Of a stretch of DNA of 64,000 nt, positions 63,701-64,000 are shown piece by piece. The stretch comes from Lingula anatina. Taxonomy: Eukaryota > Animalia > Brachiopoda. Within the stretch, counting starts at the first letter, position 1. Each line of letters begins with the position of its first letter. Under the pieces are notes generated by a model. The model had not been told where the DNA came from and did not search any database. It saw nothing but the letters and a program-made list of their open reading frames with translations. Both the position numbers and the translations under genes were made by a program. The stretch covers positions 14,446,001 through 14,510,000 of the forward strand of contig CM120640.1 in the NCBI GenBank assembly GCA_051362555.1. The letters run 5' to 3'.

Positions 63701-63866
63701 TTCTCCAACAGGTCCCTGAGCTTGACTTACTATGGCAGTATATTGGCGAGGGAAGCCCTGCTGTCTCCCTGGCGTGTGTGGAGGCGGTGGTGTCCCTGGT
63801 GCAGTCAGGAGTGGCGGACTTTGCCTATGTTCTCAACCAGTTTCTTAATCTTACACCATCTACTAG
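42972..63866 (+). CDS. FOCAD: focadhesin (KIAA1797), first three coding exons; continues off the right edge
   Basis: Exons 42972-43028 (MMEDLKKRLEFENITVQQQ), 60856-60930 (AVCRLLKEVTNKQKNQPALTSSTAS) and 63712-63866 (VPELDLLWQYIGEGSPAVSLACVEAVVSLVQSGVADFAYVLNQFLNLTPST) are colinear with the vertebrate FOCAD N-terminus as I recall it (MSDDIRKRFEF..QAV..LNLLW..ACCEGLVALV..EFSYVLN..LNLIPSTR); phases compatible. Confidence 0.88.
45665..46067. mobile_element. hAT-like non-autonomous element (middle element) with 5-bp TSD
   Basis: 12-bp TIR CAGGGCTTGACA / TGTCAAGCCCTG; GATCA duplicated at 45660-45664 and 46068-46072. Confidence 0.78.
45681..45905. mobile_element. Tourist-like MITE (inner element)
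   Basis: Flanked by TTA/TAA, imperfect TIRs, full-length similarity to 36180-36393. Confidence 0.8.
46814..48361 (-). CDS. rhodopsin-family neuropeptide GPCR, FMRFamide-receptor-like, 515 aa, single coding exon
   Basis: Seven hydrophobic segments with GIVCN, YLTALAIWD, FTVERYIAVCHPL, FLVCQTP and NSAINFILYC, typical of the protostome FMRFamide/sex-peptide/myosuppressin receptor group. The ligand cannot be determined from sequence. Confidence 0.93.
   Translation of the reverse strand: MKGQMMQTMASTSGALCFALALLLHGCAALNGTREDEQLNVVEIKENSHMNQTTKNQSDTDSQDELFFQEFTFGLDGVATLIVALLGIVCNILVIIVLTRPRMHSSTNSYLTALAIWDSTLLLCTTFLEPLRHIPKHDNYYEDYTFAFLVPYVYPLATCAQTATIWLTVSFTVERYIAVCHPLRAHEFCTIKRARIVIAIVSVVSFFYNLVRHFEHVPFPLVDDNRTIYILKPTDLGLNETYMNVYSTFYVIIMFVIPVSTLAVLNTFLIRAVHRSRKEQKTMNVRKSKENNVTIMLASIVMVFLVCQTPALVYNLAFSIDTKYVATDFSYRILSSFRNFLVTLNSAINFILYCAIGQKFRTVFMLTFCRCILNPEQLLSMERTNVYAPTVNMTAVSNAKKFAKVAATKHKNTSDESMNSLRSNNNSNSTANSTLLNQPHTNGKLYTTNWRGVPEMERLTMQQEENNVIQNPGAEDNTSFSGSELTLKHEFAEDEEPEFYLYRIDLQQLQPESII
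54377..54561. mobile_element. Tourist/PIF-Harbinger-like MITE, second family
   Basis: ~38-bp imperfect TIR GAGC(A/G)(T/C)ATTCAGAACAGTGGACTAACAGATC, TAA on both flanks. Confidence 0.85.
59488..59515. repeat. (CA)n microsatellite
   Basis: Direct dinucleotide run with one interruption. Confidence 0.9.
60727..60770. repeat. (TC)n plus poly-T tract upstream of FOCAD exon 2
   Basis: Direct runs. Confidence 0.9.
63335..63617. mobile_element. MITE with long imperfect TIRs, related to 54377-54561
   Basis: TGGCCACTTTCAGAACA..TGATC..TGGAC.AAC.GAT...AATATGGCTG.CCCAC is mirrored at the right end and shares the TTCAGAACA..TGGACTAACAGAT core. Confidence 0.75.
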
Positions 63867-64000
63867 GTAAGTATAAGTGTACACCTAAAGGGAAAACTGG
63901 TTCTGAGGCCTGGCATTTGTTATCATCAGTGGATTATAGCAACTATGGTTGTTTGGACATTTGTGTTGAGTGTTGGTGCGATCTTAACGGTACCATGTCC

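Overview
AT-rich, intron-rich animal genomic DNA; the gene and repeat content suggests a lophotrochozoan invertebrate such as a mollusc (inference). Most ORF-track entries are spurious, so genes were rebuilt by hand from GT-AG exons. Left to right: (1) 5' part of a DEG/ENaC channel (-) with an RRRR/S furin-like site; (2) a 3-exon partial single-pass membrane protein (+) with an SRCR-like Cys half-domain and a tail carrying PPxY and PSAP motifs, preceded by a possible degenerate relative; (3) a possible decayed scramblase relic (-); (4) an 8-exon, 273-aa secreted protein of unknown function with an internal repeat and an MGxHY motif (+); (5) a tandem segmental duplication holding two intact copies of an unrecognised 128-aa, 5-exon secreted protein (-) plus a pseudogenised tail of gene 4; (6) a sulfotransferase-fold gene (+) lacking the canonical PAPS-binding residues; (7) a complete 9-exon cyclin B (-) with a CCAAT/CCAAT/CHR promoter and CPE/PBE-like 3'UTR; (8) the first three coding exons of focadhesin (+), whose ~17.8-kb intron hosts an antisense FMRFamide-receptor-like GPCR. 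There are also several non-autonomous DNA transposons with readable TIRs and TSDs (one triple-nested), a minisatellite and microsatellites. No rRNA, tRNA or CRISPR features were seen.
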